From positions 1,760,001-1,824,000 of the forward strand of contig OY970340.1 of assembly GCA_963717465.1 (NCBI GenBank): a stretch of 64,000 nucleotides of DNA. The letters are read 5' to 3'. Below are positions 20,199 to 31,314 of this stretch, one piece after another; the first letter of the stretch is position 1, and the number at the start of each line of letters is the position of its first letter. The notes beneath the pieces were generated by a model. That model searched no databases. It was given only the letters and a program-made list of their open reading frames with translations, and had not been told where the DNA came from. The position numbers and the translations under genes were made by a program. Source of the stretch: Candidatus Bathyarchaeota archaeon. GTDB taxonomy: Archaea > Thermoproteota > Bathyarchaeia > Bathyarchaeales > Bathycorpusculaceae.

Positions 20199-23100
20199 TT
20201 GACTGAAATACAAAAAGAAGATATTCATTCACTTCTTAAAGCGTTTTTCAACGATAAAGGATTGGTAAGGCAACATTTAGACAGCTACAACGAATTCATC
20301 GATCATGGACTTCAAGAAGTCGTCGATGAAGTAGCAGAGATTCCAATTGAAGTGCCAGAAAATCCCTACAAAGTGAAACTTGGTCAAATCTGGGTTATAG
20401 ATCCTCAATCAAGGATTACTGGGCCGTACGTCACGGAAGTTGACGGAACAAAGCATGAAATCTACCCAACAGAAGCAAGATTGAGAAACTTGGCTTATTC
20501 AGCTCCAGTCGCGTTAGAAATGACGCCGATAATTGATGGGCGAGAACAAGATACAGAACTTGTTTACATTGGAAACATACCTGTCATGCTTAAATCAAAA
20601 CTTTGTTTCCTGTCACAATTATCAAAAGAAGAACTAATCACTGCCGGTGAAGACCCTGATGATCCAGGTGGTTACTTCGTTGTTAACGGTTCTGAAAGAG
20701 TTATAGTTGCGATGGAAGACTTAGCTCCAAACCGTGTAATTGTTGACATTGACGAAAAAGGTACATCACCCGTTTATCAAGCAAAAATATTCTCAACAAC
20801 CGTGGGCTTCAGAGCAAGAATTGAGCTTAAACTCAAATCAGACGACGCAATCTACGTTACAATGCCAGGAGTGCCTACTGAAATTCCATTCGTCGTAATC
20901 ATGCGAGCGCTCAACCTTGAAAAAGACAAGGAAATCGCAGAGGCAGTCTCACTTGACAAGGAACTTCAAGCTCAACTTGCCGCTTCCTTCGAAAAAGCCA
21001 TCGGTGTAGAAACCCCCTCAGATGCAATTCTCTTTATTGGAAACCGAGTAGCACACGGCCAAGTGGAAGAGTATCGTCTTCAAAAGGCGGAGACTGCTCT
21101 TGACAAGAACTTTTTGCCTCACCTTGGACGGAGCGATAAAAACCGTAAAGAAAAAGCAATCTTTCTGGGTGAAATGGCCTACCGAGTTCTGCAATTAAAA
21201 ACAGGCAGGCGTCAACCAGACGACAAAGATCACTTCAAGAACAAACGTTTACGTCTCGGTGGACCATTGCTCGCTGACCTTTTCCGAGTATCGTTCAGAA
21301 ATCTTACACGGGACATAAAATATCAACTTGAACGCATTGGCGTTAAAGGACCGATAATCACCGTTTCTGCAGCAGTGCGACCTGGAATTATTACTGAACG
21401 ATTCCAACATGCACTGGCAACTGGTAACTGGGGAAGAGGTAGAGTCGGCATCACACAACTTTTAGACCGAACAAATTACATTTCAACATTAAGTCACCTG
21501 CGAAGATTACAGTCACCCTTAAGTCGAAGCCAACCTAACTTTGAAGCTCGAGACCTACACCCTACACACTGGGGTCGATTATGTCCAAACGAAACTCCAG
21601 AAGGCTCAAACTGTGGTCTAGTTAAAAACTTGGCTTTATCAGCCTCAATTGCTGTAGGCGTAAATCCTGATAAAGTGAAGCAACTACTTTTCGAAATGGG
21701 TACAACTCCAGTAGGCGAGGCAAGTATAGATTTACGAATGTCAGGAGCAAAAGTCTTCGTTGACGGCAACATAATTGGCTACTGTAATTCACCTGCCGAA
21801 ATGGTCAAAATTATCCGTGAAAAAAGACGCACAGGTGAAGTCTCAACTGAAGTTAACGTGACACACTTCTCAAAAGCACTAACCGAAACTGAAGAGCTAC
21901 ATGCTAACTGCGACGAAGGCAGAGTACGACGCCCACTCATTATCGTCGACAAAGGCGTTCCTAAACTTCAACCTAACCACCTAGAAAAAATAAGTCTAGG
22001 CGAGTGGACATGGGAAGATCTAGTTAAAAGCGGTTTAATCGAGTACTTAGATGCGGAAGAAGAGGAAAACGCTTACGTAGCCATGAACGTAAACTCTATC
22101 ACCCCTAAAACGACCCATCTGGAGATAGCGCCTTACACAATTCTAGGCATATGCGCATCAACGATACCCTATCCAGAACACAATCAGTCACCACGTAACT
22201 CTTATCAAGCCGCTATGGCCAAACAAGCTCTCGGAATCTACGGAACCAATTTCCATCACAGAGTAGATTCCAGATCACACATACTACACTACCCACAAGT
22301 GCCGCTAGTGGAAACCGAACTCATGGAAGTCATGGGATACAAGCAACGCCCAACCGGACAAAACTGCATCGTAGCAGTGCTCAGCTTCGAAGGCTACAAC
22401 ATGGAGGACGCCATAATCTTCAACAAAGCCTCAATCGAACGAGGACTAGCGCGCTCAACATTCTACAGAATATACGAAGCTGAATGTCGCCAATATCTTG
22501 GTGGATTAAAAGACAGATTCACCGTTCCTGAAGCAGGAACAAGAGGTTTCAGAGGAGAACAATACTATCGCCTCTTAGAACCCGATGGTATCATAAGCCT
22601 GGAGTCAGCTGTAGTAGGCGGAGACGTTCTCATCGGTAGAATCAGCCCTCCAAGATTCCTTGAAGAATACAAGGAATTCGAAGTCAGAGGTCCGTCAATG
22701 CGTGACACTTCAATAGACATGAGACCTTCAGAAACCGGAATAGTTGACGGAATTTTCATAACAGCTTCCGGCGAAGGCAGCCAACTTGTTAAAGTAAGAG
22801 TTCGTGATCAGCGAGTTCCCGAGCTAGGCGACAAGTTTGCATCACGCCACGGACAAAAAGGAGTAATTGGCTTAATCGTTCCACAGGAAGATATGCCCTT
22901 CACAGGTGAAGGCATAACTCCAGATTTAATAATTAATCCTCACGCTATACCCTCAAGAATGACTGTCGGTCAATTCATCGAATCTCTAGCAGGAAAAGCA
23001 GCAGCGGCAAGAGGCAGACCTGTTGATGGCACACCTTTCGCTAATGAAGGCCCAATCGAAGTCCGGAATAACCTCGTGAAGCTTGGTTTCAGTCACACTG

Positions 23101-23564
23101 GAAGCGAAGTCTTCTACAATGGTGCAACTGGAGAAAAATTCGTCGCAGACATTTTTGTCGGCATTGTATATTATCAAAAACTGCATCATATGGTTGCTGA
23201 CAAGATTCATGCAAGAGCCCGTGGGCAAGTCCAAATGTTAACAAGGCAACCAACAGAAGGTCGCGCTAGAGGTGGTGGTCTGAGGTTCGGAGAAATGGAG
23301 CGAGACTGCCTAATTGGGCATGGTGCTGCTATGCTGCTTAGAGATAGGTTGCTTGAAGAATCTGACAAATACACTCTTTACATCTGCGAAAACTGTGGTC
23401 AGATTTCATATTATGATATGAAGCAAAGGCGTTACGTATGCAAGATTTGCGATGAGAAAGCAAAGATTTCGCCAGTAATTGTCTCTTACGCATTCAAGCT
23501 TTTGCTGCAAGAACTTCAAAGCTTGTGTATCACGCCAAAGTTAAGACTTAAGGAGAAGGCTTAG
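20199..23564 (+). CDS. rpoB: DNA-directed RNA polymerase subunit B (Rpo2, unsplit)
   Basis: GYFVVNGSERV, CPNETPEG, GDKFASRHGQKG, RFGEMERDC. Confidence 0.99.
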   Translation: MTEIQKEDIHSLLKAFFNDKGLVRQHLDSYNEFIDHGLQEVVDEVAEIPIEVPENPYKVKLGQIWVIDPQSRITGPYVTEVDGTKHEIYPTEARLRNLAYSAPVALEMTPIIDGREQDTELVYIGNIPVMLKSKLCFLSQLSKEELITAGEDPDDPGGYFVVNGSERVIVAMEDLAPNRVIVDIDEKGTSPVYQAKIFSTTVGFRARIELKLKSDDAIYVTMPGVPTEIPFVVIMRALNLEKDKEIAEAVSLDKELQAQLAASFEKAIGVETPSDAILFIGNRVAHGQVEEYRLQKAETALDKNFLPHLGRSDKNRKEKAIFLGEMAYRVLQLKTGRRQPDDKDHFKNKRLRLGGPLLADLFRVSFRNLTRDIKYQLERIGVKGPIITVSAAVRPGIITERFQHALATGNWGRGRVGITQLLDRTNYISTLSHLRRLQSPLSRSQPNFEARDLHPTHWGRLCPNETPEGSNCGLVKNLALSASIAVGVNPDKVKQLLFEMGTTPVGEASIDLRMSGAKVFVDGNIIGYCNSPAEMVKIIREKRRTGEVSTEVNVTHFSKALTETEELHANCDEGRVRRPLIIVDKGVPKLQPNHLEKISLGEWTWEDLVKSGLIEYLDAEEEENAYVAMNVNSITPKTTHLEIAPYTILGICASTIPYPEHNQSPRNSYQAAMAKQALGIYGTNFHHRVDSRSHILHYPQVPLVETELMEVMGYKQRPTGQNCIVAVLSFEGYNMEDAIIFNKASIERGLARSTFYRIYEAECRQYLGGLKDRFTVPEAGTRGFRGEQYYRLLEPDGIISLESAVVGGDVLIGRISPPRFLEEYKEFEVRGPSMRDTSIDMRPSETGIVDGIFITASGEGSQLVKVRVRDQRVPELGDKFASRHGQKGVIGLIVPQEDMPFTGEGITPDLIINPHAIPSRMTVGQFIESLAGKAAAARGRPVDGTPFANEGPIEVRNNLVKLGFSHTGSEVFYNGATGEKFVADIFVGIVYYQKLHHMVADKIHARARGQVQMLTRQPTEGRARGGGLRFGEMERDCLIGHGAAMLLRDRLLEESDKYTLYICENCGQISYYDMKQRRYVCKICDEKAKISPVIVSYAFKLLLQELQSLCITPKLRLKEKA

Positions 23565-23565
23565 A

Positions 23566-26500
23566 ATGTCGAACGAGGAATTAATACATAAAGTAGTTGA
23601 TGAAATTTCATTTGGCTTAATTTCACCTAAAGATTTGCGTAAGCAATCAGTCGTCGAAATTCAGACACCAGACACTTATGATGAAGATGGCACGCCTATC
23701 ACTGCAGGCTTAATGGACGGCAGGCTTGGCACACTTGAGCCAAGGCAAAGATGTAAAACATGCGGCAACACTGCTATCCGATGCCCGGGGCACTTTGGAC
23801 ATATAGAATTAGCAGTTCCAATTGTGCATATTGAATTTACGAAAATTATTTTCGATCTCTTAAAATGCACTTGCCGTAGTTGCGGGCGCATACTCTTATC
23901 AGAAGAAGCCTCAAAGAAAGCTCAAGGTAGAATTGAAAGATTCAACGAGCTTTTAGGCACAATTCCAGACGAAGTTTACAAGGAGATAACGAGTGAAATC
24001 AAAACTAAACAGTGCCCATATTGCGCTTCCGTTCAGTACAAAATAACTTTTGAGAAACCAACCAAGTTTATTGAGCAAACTGAAGCAGGTTCTGAGCCTT
24101 TAACTCCAAGCATGATTCGTGAAAGGCTCGAAAGAATTTCTGACGAAGACTTGGAAATATTAGGTTTTAATCCAAAGGTTGCGCGGCCTGAATGGATGGT
24201 TCTCCAAGTTTTGCCTGTGCCGCCAGTCTACGTTCGCCCATCAATTACGCTAGAGTCAGGCATTCGCTCTGAAGATGACTTAACCCACAAACTTGTGGAT
24301 ATCATTAGAATTAACCAGCGCTTGAAAGAAAACATGGAGGCAGGAGCTCCAACACTTATTATTCAAGACTTATCCGAATTATTACAGTACCATGTCACCA
24401 CATACTTTAACAATGAAGCTTCAGGTATTCCACCCGCAAGGCATCGTTCAGGAAGAGCACTAAAAACTATCTCACAAAGATTAAAAGGAAAAGAAGGCCG
24501 CTTTAGAAGCAACCTTTCAGGCAAAAGAGTTGACTTTTCAGCTCGCACAGTAATTTCTCCAGACCCGAACCTTGACATAAACGAAGTTGGTGTACCCCAA
24601 GACATTGCAATGCGTCTATCTGTTCCGGAAAAAGTCACCGCTTGGAACATTGAAGAAATGAAGAAATTTGTAATTAACGGTCCCGAAAATTATCCTGGTG
24701 CCTTGTACATTATTAGGCCAGATGGGAAACGTATCCGATTGGAATTTGTCGTTGACCGAACAAAAATTGCTGATGCAGTAGAATTGGGCTTTGTGGTCGA
24801 GCGACACCTTAAAAACGGCGATATAGCTATCTTTAATCGGCAGCCTTCGCTTCACCGCATGTCTATAATGGCCCATTATGTAAGAGTTCTACCTTACAAA
24901 ACTTTTAGACTTCACCTTTGTGTTTGTCCACCATACAACGCAGATTTTGATGGAGATGAAATGAACCTTCACGTTCCACAAAGCGAAGAAGCCCGAACTG
25001 AATCATTATTGTTAATGCAAGTCCAAGATCAGATACTCTCACCAAGATTTGGTGGACCCATTATAGGTGCTATCAGAGATTTCATAACAAGCGCTTATTA
25101 CTTCACCAGAAAATCAAATTATTTGACAAGTGCTCAAGTAAATAGGCTTCTAACAGCTACTGGTTATTATGGTCCGCTACCTGAGCCTGCGATTAATGAT
25201 CCAGCGCCCATGTGGTCAGGTAAACAAATCTTCAGTCTGTTTTTGCCAAAGACCCTGAACTATGTCTTGAAAGCAAATATTTGCCAAGGATGCACGAAAT
25301 GCGAAGAAGAAGACTGCAAACATGACGCTTACGTGGTTGTTAAAAACGGTCAATTAGTTTCAGGAATTATCGATAGACGATCTATCGGTTCCGAACAATC
25401 AGAAAGTCTGCTTCATCGAATAATCAAAGACTACGGAACTCAAGCAGGAAGGCAGTTCCTTAACAATATTACCCGTTTGCTAAAACTTTTCATTTCAATG
25501 CGTGGCTTCAGTTACACTTATGACCAACTAGTTTTGTCGCCAAGGGCAGAAAACAGAATCAAGAAGACGATGGAGCGAATACAAAAGAAGATTGATGAGC
25601 ACATACAGAATTACCGTGATGGAACGTTGCCGCGGTTGCCTGGTCAAACACTCGAAGAATCCTTTGAAATCTATGTAATGCATGAACTTGCAACAGCAAG
25701 AGATGAAGCAGGTAAAATAGCAGACGACGACTTTACATTGGAGAACGCTGGCATCGTCATGACGAGAACTGGCGCCAGAGGTTCAAGCTTAAATATTGGT
25801 CAGATAGCTGCTTGTGTTGGTCAGCAATCAGTGCGAGGTAAACGTATTCTGCGAGGTTATGCTGGACGTGCATTGCCACATTTTGTTGAAGGTGACCCTA
25901 GTCCAAGGGCAAGGGGCTTTGTTTATAATTCTTACCAGTCAGGCTTGGACGCTATTGAATTCTTCTTCCATGCTATGGGTGGCCGCGAAGGTCTAGTAGA
26001 CACTGCGGTGCGAACTCAACAGAGTGGCTACATGCAAAGACGATTAATTAATGCTCTGGAACATATTCGTCTTGAATATGACGAGACAGTTCGTGATTCA
26101 GCTGGTGACATTATCCAATTCCGGTACGGTGAAGATGGCGTAGACCCAGCAAAAAGTGATCATGGTAAAGCAGTAAACGTTAGTAGATTGATTGACCAAA
26201 TCAAAATCGGCGAAGAGAAAGGTGGTACGCCAGCAACTCCTGAGTTCATTAAGGAGCAATTAAAGGACGTCCAGGAACAGTTAACGCCTATTCTAATGGA
26301 TCAACTTAAAACTAACTTGAGTAAAAATAAGCTTAGCAAGAAAGGTGTTGAAAAAGCAACAACGCAAACAGCTGAGCAGTATAAGCGAGCTTTGATGGAG
26401 CCTGGTGAAGCAGTCGGTATAGTTGCGGCTCAATCAATCGGTGAACCTGGAACTCAGATGACTCTCAGAACTTTCCACTATGCAGGAGTCAAAGAACAAA

Positions 26501-27408
26501 ACGTCACCTTAGGTTTGCCTCGTTTAATCGAGATTGTAGACGCCCGCAGAATTCCTTCTACTCCCATTATGACTATTTACTTGATTGGTGAACACGCGAA
26601 AAGCAAGGAAGGTGCAGTTAAAGTCGCACGTGATCTGATTTATACTTCTCTTGAAAATTTAGCTTCAATAATTTACGAGGACCCAGTTAAAGAGGAAATC
26701 GTTGTTGAACTAACTAAGTCGATGATGGATGACCGCGCAATTACGATGGATGATTTGAAAGAGCGTCTTGAAGCACAATTGCAGAATGCTACCGTAAATG
26801 TGTTAGATGACAGAGTTGAAATTAAGCCAAAGAAAGCTGAAGCTTTAAAGAGGATGCTTGGCAAGATTCCAGGTCTCCACGTCAAAGGTGTACCTGATAT
26901 TAAAAGAGTATTGGTTACAGAAGAAAGCGGTGAATGGGTTATTCGGACTGATGGCTCAAACTTATCTAAAGTGCTTGAGATAACTGGTGTTGACACTTCA
27001 CGAACATCCACTAATAACATTCATGAAATCGCCAAAACTTTAGGTATAGAAGCTTCAAGAAATGCGTTAGTTAATGAGGCAAAAGGCGTCTTGGAAGATC
27101 AAGGCTTAGACGTCGATGTCCGCCACGTTATGCTTGTAGCAGATATGATGACCACAACTGGAGATGTTCAACAAATCGGCAGACATGGCATCAGTGGCAA
27201 GAAAGCCAGTGTTTTGGCTCGTGCAGCATTCGAAATCACTGTTCCAAACATTGTGGAAGCGGCAGTTAAGGGTGAAAGTGACCCATTAGCAGGCGTAACT
27301 GAAAACGTAATAGTTGGGCAGTCCATTCCAATCGGCACAGGCTTAGTTGAATTATACATGTCAACTTTTGAAAAACAAGAAAAAGAAGGAGGAAAAACTG
27401 AAACATGA
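23566..27408 (+). CDS. rpo1: DNA-directed RNA polymerase largest subunit, A' and A'' fused (Rpo1)
   Basis: CPGHFGHIEL, YNADFDGDEMN and GEPGTQMTLRTFH in one 1280-aa ORF. Confidence 0.99.
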   Translation: MSNEELIHKVVDEISFGLISPKDLRKQSVVEIQTPDTYDEDGTPITAGLMDGRLGTLEPRQRCKTCGNTAIRCPGHFGHIELAVPIVHIEFTKIIFDLLKCTCRSCGRILLSEEASKKAQGRIERFNELLGTIPDEVYKEITSEIKTKQCPYCASVQYKITFEKPTKFIEQTEAGSEPLTPSMIRERLERISDEDLEILGFNPKVARPEWMVLQVLPVPPVYVRPSITLESGIRSEDDLTHKLVDIIRINQRLKENMEAGAPTLIIQDLSELLQYHVTTYFNNEASGIPPARHRSGRALKTISQRLKGKEGRFRSNLSGKRVDFSARTVISPDPNLDINEVGVPQDIAMRLSVPEKVTAWNIEEMKKFVINGPENYPGALYIIRPDGKRIRLEFVVDRTKIADAVELGFVVERHLKNGDIAIFNRQPSLHRMSIMAHYVRVLPYKTFRLHLCVCPPYNADFDGDEMNLHVPQSEEARTESLLLMQVQDQILSPRFGGPIIGAIRDFITSAYYFTRKSNYLTSAQVNRLLTATGYYGPLPEPAINDPAPMWSGKQIFSLFLPKTLNYVLKANICQGCTKCEEEDCKHDAYVVVKNGQLVSGIIDRRSIGSEQSESLLHRIIKDYGTQAGRQFLNNITRLLKLFISMRGFSYTYDQLVLSPRAENRIKKTMERIQKKIDEHIQNYRDGTLPRLPGQTLEESFEIYVMHELATARDEAGKIADDDFTLENAGIVMTRTGARGSSLNIGQIAACVGQQSVRGKRILRGYAGRALPHFVEGDPSPRARGFVYNSYQSGLDAIEFFFHAMGGREGLVDTAVRTQQSGYMQRRLINALEHIRLEYDETVRDSAGDIIQFRYGEDGVDPAKSDHGKAVNVSRLIDQIKIGEEKGGTPATPEFIKEQLKDVQEQLTPILMDQLKTNLSKNKLSKKGVEKATTQTAEQYKRALMEPGEAVGIVAAQSIGEPGTQMTLRTFHYAGVKEQNVTLGLPRLIEIVDARRIPSTPIMTIYLIGEHAKSKEGAVKVARDLIYTSLENLASIIYEDPVKEEIVVELTKSMMDDRAITMDDLKERLEAQLQNATVNVLDDRVEIKPKKAEALKRMLGKIPGLHVKGVPDIKRVLVTEESGEWVIRTDGSNLSKVLEITGVDTSRTSTNNIHEIAKTLGIEASRNALVNEAKGVLEDQGLDVDVRHVMLVADMMTTTGDVQQIGRHGISGKKASVLARAAFEITVPNIVEAAVKGESDPLAGVTENVIVGQSIPIGTGLVELYMSTFEKQEKEGGKTET

Positions 27409-27740
27409 TAGATATAGACAAAGCGTTAGCTTCAGCCGTGAAAACTGGTAAAGTATCTTTCGGAGCCAACTCGGCGCTGCAAAACGCCAAAACAGGCAAG
27501 GCTAAGATGATTGTTTTAGCCTCAAATTGTCCAAAAAACATAAAAGAGGATATAGAATATTATGCTAAAATCTCCAAGGTTCCAGTATTGTCTTATAGAG
27601 GTACATCGATGGATTTAGCTGAAACATGCAGTAAAATGTTCATCATTTCAGCCTTGATAATAAGGGAAACTGGGGATTCAGAGATTCTTAAGGTAACCGA
27701 AATTAAAGAGTTACAAGAAAACCTTGGAGGAAATGAATGA
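27405..27740 (+). CDS. rpl30e: 50S ribosomal protein L30e
   Basis: AVKTGKVSFG, IVLASNCP; operon position. Confidence 0.95.
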   Translation: MIDIDKALASAVKTGKVSFGANSALQNAKTGKAKMIVLASNCPKNIKEDIEYYAKISKVPVLSYRGTSMDLAETCSKMFIISALIIRETGDSEILKVTEIKELQENLGGNE

Positions 27741-28174
27741 CAACCGGCATAAAAATCACAGCTGACGAAATGCGTTATATTGCATTGTTTGAAAGCATAA
27801 GCGGCGCCAGCGTGAAGGACTGCATAATTGATGAGGAGCAAGAACGCGCCATATTTATCGTAAACCCTGGACAAGTGGGCGTAGCTATTGGCAAAGGCGG
27901 CAGAAACATCCACACTCTTGAAAGAATGACCGGGAAAAAACATGAAATAATAGAGTACTCAGAAGACCCAGTTCAATTCATGAAAAACGCACTAAAACCC
28001 GCAGCAGTCCGAGAAATCCGCGTCACAGAACGAACCGATGGAAAAAAAATGGCAGTCATCACAGTAAATCCGAAAGACAAAGGCGTCGCCATAGGCAAAA
28101 ACGGCAAAAACGCTGAACGTCTTCGCTTCTTAGCAAAACGGTATTTTGACATTCAAAACGTGAGCATCACCTAA
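27737..28174 (+). CDS. nusA: archaeal NusA (two KH domains)
   Basis: AIGKGG and AIGKNGKN; operon position. Confidence 0.95.
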   Translation: MTTGIKITADEMRYIALFESISGASVKDCIIDEEQERAIFIVNPGQVGVAIGKGGRNIHTLERMTGKKHEIIEYSEDPVQFMKNALKPAAVREIRVTERTDGKKMAVITVNPKDKGVAIGKNGKNAERLRFLAKRYFDIQNVSIT

Positions 28175-28351
28175 GCCAACTTTTTACGGCTTGGCTCATA
28201 ATCTTTTAATCTTGTCTAATTAAAGCATCATTAGAGACGTTGCATAACAATTTTTTGAAATGAGTCCAAAGGAGTTTAGATTGCTACTAAGACTAAGAGA
28301 TCAGCCATTTGCAGCACAACAGCCAGAAAATTAGAGGATAAAAAGACCTAA

Positions 28352-29425
28352 TCAATCTCTTGATAGGAAAATAAAATGTTCTCCCTTGGCCATGGCTTCA
28401 AGTTTAGCTAATCCTTTAAAGCTAAACTCTTCACTCAGAAGCCGCCTGTCTGATGCAACACGTCTAAATCTTTTTAAAAAAAGCATGTTCATTTTTAGGA
28501 AGTCTTCAAGGACATAAACCAGATTAGTTCCTTTCTTAATCAATGACCACTCATATAAAACGAGATCTACCATGTAGCAGAATAAAATCTTAGGCCAAAC
28601 TGAAAGCCTAGCTACCTTTAAGCATGCAGCATTTTGATTAAGAACCGCACCACGAAGTGTTTTTTGGGAAATTAACAAACGATTAGTAGTTTCACCGCCT
28701 TTATGAAGCGCCCTAATTGAAGGAACAAATAACATTTTGAATCCAGCCGTGATCATTCGCCACCCAAAATCAACATCTTCATAAACATAATAAAAAGTCC
28801 CATCAAAACCATTTAAAGCTAAAAAACTCTGCTTTTGCACAAGCATAAAAGCACCACGCATTGAAGGTAGTTCCTCAGCTTGAAGTTTGCCGCTGACATT
28901 TGCAAGTGGCCTGTCAAGACTTCTCACGTATGCATTATAACGACCACCACTGTATTTTTCGATGAAGTCGCCGGCAGAATCTACAATTTCTCCACCAAAG
29001 CGTAAAATCAAAGGTTGTACACCTTGGCAGATGTTTTTATTTAAATATTCAACAAGTGGTGAAATATCGTCTAGAACTGCTGCATCATCATCAACGAAAA
29101 GAAGATTAGGCGATTGAGACAGAGAAACGCCAACATTTCTTCCATAAGCAGGCCCTCTGTCCGAACCCGAGTAAGCCAACTTAATGGTTATCAAATTAGG
29201 ACTGAAGTCCAAAAAAGCAGCTAAGTATTTTTCAGTATCTTTTAAATTTTCTACTAAGTCAGCAACCAGAATTATTTCATGAATATTGGACAAGTTACAA
29301 GTTGAATCAAGCAATGTATAAATATTTTCATTAGGAAACTTTTTTAAAACTACAATCACGCTCAACTCGCACGGACGTGAAAAATATTTACAGGTTTTAA
29401 TGTTTTTGATGATCTTGCTCATCAA
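28352..29425 (-). CDS. glycosyltransferase family 2
   Basis: GPAYGRNVG, LFVDDD, GFD...YEDVDFGWR. Confidence 0.88.
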   Translation of the reverse strand: MMSKIIKNIKTCKYFSRPCELSVIVVLKKFPNENIYTLLDSTCNLSNIHEIILVADLVENLKDTEKYLAAFLDFSPNLITIKLAYSGSDRGPAYGRNVGVSLSQSPNLLFVDDDAAVLDDISPLVEYLNKNICQGVQPLILRFGGEIVDSAGDFIEKYSGGRYNAYVRSLDRPLANVSGKLQAEELPSMRGAFMLVQKQSFLALNGFDGTFYYVYEDVDFGWRMITAGFKMLFVPSIRALHKGGETTNRLLISQKTLRGAVLNQNAACLKVARLSVWPKILFCYMVDLVLYEWSLIKKGTNLVYVLEDFLKMNMLFLKRFRRVASDRRLLSEEFSFKGLAKLEAMAKGEHFIFLSRD

Positions 29426-29519
29426 GTATTCACTTGTTGGATTTTGCTTACAAAGTAAGAAAAAACTGAAATAATCTTAAATTCGATTTGATTATTTCAA
29501 TATAATACTTGGAAACTTT

Positions 29520-29771
29520 TTAGAATCGATGATTCTTTCTGCTATGGAGATTCAAATCTTCTTCTGTATTGAAAATTCTGCCGCATTTTTGGCAAGTCAA
29601 GATGCTAGAGTTTACGCCAAGTATTGGTATCGAAGGTTTATCCGAGACAAGTGCCGGAATTTCCTTTGGCTCAGGCAGCATCTTTTCCGCTCTCGAAGGC
29701 ACGTCTCTTGGTCTTTTATCGTAGGGAAAGTCGGGTTCACTCAAGTGTGTTGTCGACCTCAAGATGACCAT
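29520..29771 (-). CDS. small C2H2 zinc-finger protein
   Basis: CQKCGRIFNTEEDLNLHSRKNH. Confidence 0.65.
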   Translation of the reverse strand: MVILRSTTHLSEPDFPYDKRPRDVPSRAEKMLPEPKEIPALVSDKPSIPILGVNSSILTCQKCGRIFNTEEDLNLHSRKNHRF

Positions 29772-29824
29772 CGTCTTTATGTTTTCATAAGTGTTTGTGA
29801 TTGCTTAAAGACGATAACAATTTT

Positions 29825-30511
29825 TTATTCGTCGATTTCTTGATTTTCTTCTGCTGTTTCTTCGATTTCTTGGTCTTCTTCTGCTTCTTCCTTATTTCCA
29901 TGCGTTACTGATTGGTTTGCGTCTGTTCTTTCTGCAGCCAGTAGCATGTCAATAAGCGCTTTTTCATCCACTTCAGCTCTTGTTCTCCAATCTAAGAACA
30001 ACTGTTGCTTTTCATCCTGCGTGAGGTAACCATATCGTATGTATCTTTCAATGTTCAAACCTACTTTCCACTCTGGCAACTTTTCGCCAAGCAATTTCTC
30101 AACATCAGTTCGTGACGCTTGTCCCTTCTTGCTAATAATGTATGAGATTGTGATGGCTAAGCCCGCAAGGTCATCAACGCGCCAACCAATCATTTTTGGT
30201 TCTTTTGAAGCTGTGTCGCTTCGTAGTGTTATATAAAAGCGTGCTTTATCCAACTCGTCTAGAGTAGGCTTTTCTGCAGGCGCCTTTTGCTCTTCAAAAA
30301 CTATTTTGACCTCTAAATCCAAATTTTTTAAATGGTCGTCTAAAATGTCGAGCACTTTTGGGTAATCTGAACCTAATGCCTTGTGTAGCTCCCACCCTTT
30401 AACGCCGGGTTTTTGGTGGCGCTTGTAGAGGAGTATCTGAGTTGCACGTTTGATTTTGCCAGCATAGGTGCCTTTTTTTTTGATGCTCAAGTTAATTCTC
30501 CTCGTTTCCAT
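29825..30511 (-). CDS. KITE-like tandem winged-helix protein (Nse1/Nse3/ScpB-like)
   Basis: overlaps the kleisin gene; LAGLAITISYIISKKG...YIRYGYL...WRTRAE resembles MAGE/Nse3 WH-B; acidic tail. Confidence 0.65.
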   Translation of the reverse strand: METRRINLSIKKKGTYAGKIKRATQILLYKRHQKPGVKGWELHKALGSDYPKVLDILDDHLKNLDLEVKIVFEEQKAPAEKPTLDELDKARFYITLRSDTASKEPKMIGWRVDDLAGLAITISYIISKKGQASRTDVEKLLGEKLPEWKVGLNIERYIRYGYLTQDEKQQLFLDWRTRAEVDEKALIDMLLAAERTDANQSVTHGNKEEAEEDQEIEETAEENQEIDE

Positions 30512-31314
30512 TTCTGCCAGTTTTCACAGCTAACCGCGATTGGAACGGATGTGGATTGCTTGCTCAACAGTTTAGTCTGCTGCTGGTCGTATGCTTTAAT
30601 GTGAATAGTTTCTTCTAACTTATCAATCTCCAACGATGCATAACCATAGGTAACCAAGAAACTAGTCAAGAATGCTCGCTGCACAGTCTCTTCATACGTG
30701 TCGTCTCCGATGAAATCCCAGTAGTTTATTTTGCCCTCTGATCCTTTCTCTTCTATTTTGCTTTTTAATTCCTGCCAGTAGCTTTCAAGCTCATTCGAAA
30801 ATTCTATGTCACTTAAAACTCGCTGTGCAATTAATTCATCTCTGCTTGCAGCACCCATAGCAACTTGTGGGGCATCAAAACCTTTCCATCTTTGATTAAT
30901 AGGCGTTAATGCTTCCCAATAAAGCAGTCCATCTGCGATGCTGCGAAGGTTAAGCTGCTCCATCTCAATTATTGGATGCCACGCTTTAAGGAAAATGCTT
31001 GTTATTTGTTGTTTTGGTGTATGCATTATTTTTTCTTCTAAAAGAAACGGGTCAGTATAGAGTGAGGTTGAACGATGCTTAACCCATTCGCTCTGAAGTT
31101 TAATTACTGATGCTAAATGGTGGATTGCTTCTGAATCCAAGTTTAATTCTTCTGGTTGTTTCCAGTCAGGAAAATACTCTCTCACTAGTGCAATTATTTC
31201 ATCCACGTCCAGCGTAAAAGGGTCAACTGCATGATTCTCAATACCAACACATCTTTCTATAACTAATTGTAGTTTCTCTTTGCCCATTTTTTTACGTGAT
31301 TCATTTGAAGACAT
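30487..31314 (-). CDS. kleisin-like protein (ScpA/Nse4-like)
   Basis: N-terminal VDPFTLDV helical domain; C-terminal WH INYWDFI...EETVQRAFLTSFLVTYG; coupled to the SMC gene. Confidence 0.7.
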   Translation of the reverse strand: MSSNESRKKMGKEKLQLVIERCVGIENHAVDPFTLDVDEIIALVREYFPDWKQPEELNLDSEAIHHLASVIKLQSEWVKHRSTSLYTDPFLLEEKIMHTPKQQITSIFLKAWHPIIEMEQLNLRSIADGLLYWEALTPINQRWKGFDAPQVAMGAASRDELIAQRVLSDIEFSNELESYWQELKSKIEEKGSEGKINYWDFIGDDTYEETVQRAFLTSFLVTYGYASLEIDKLEETIHIKAYDQQQTKLLSKQSTSVPIAVSCENWQKWKRGELT

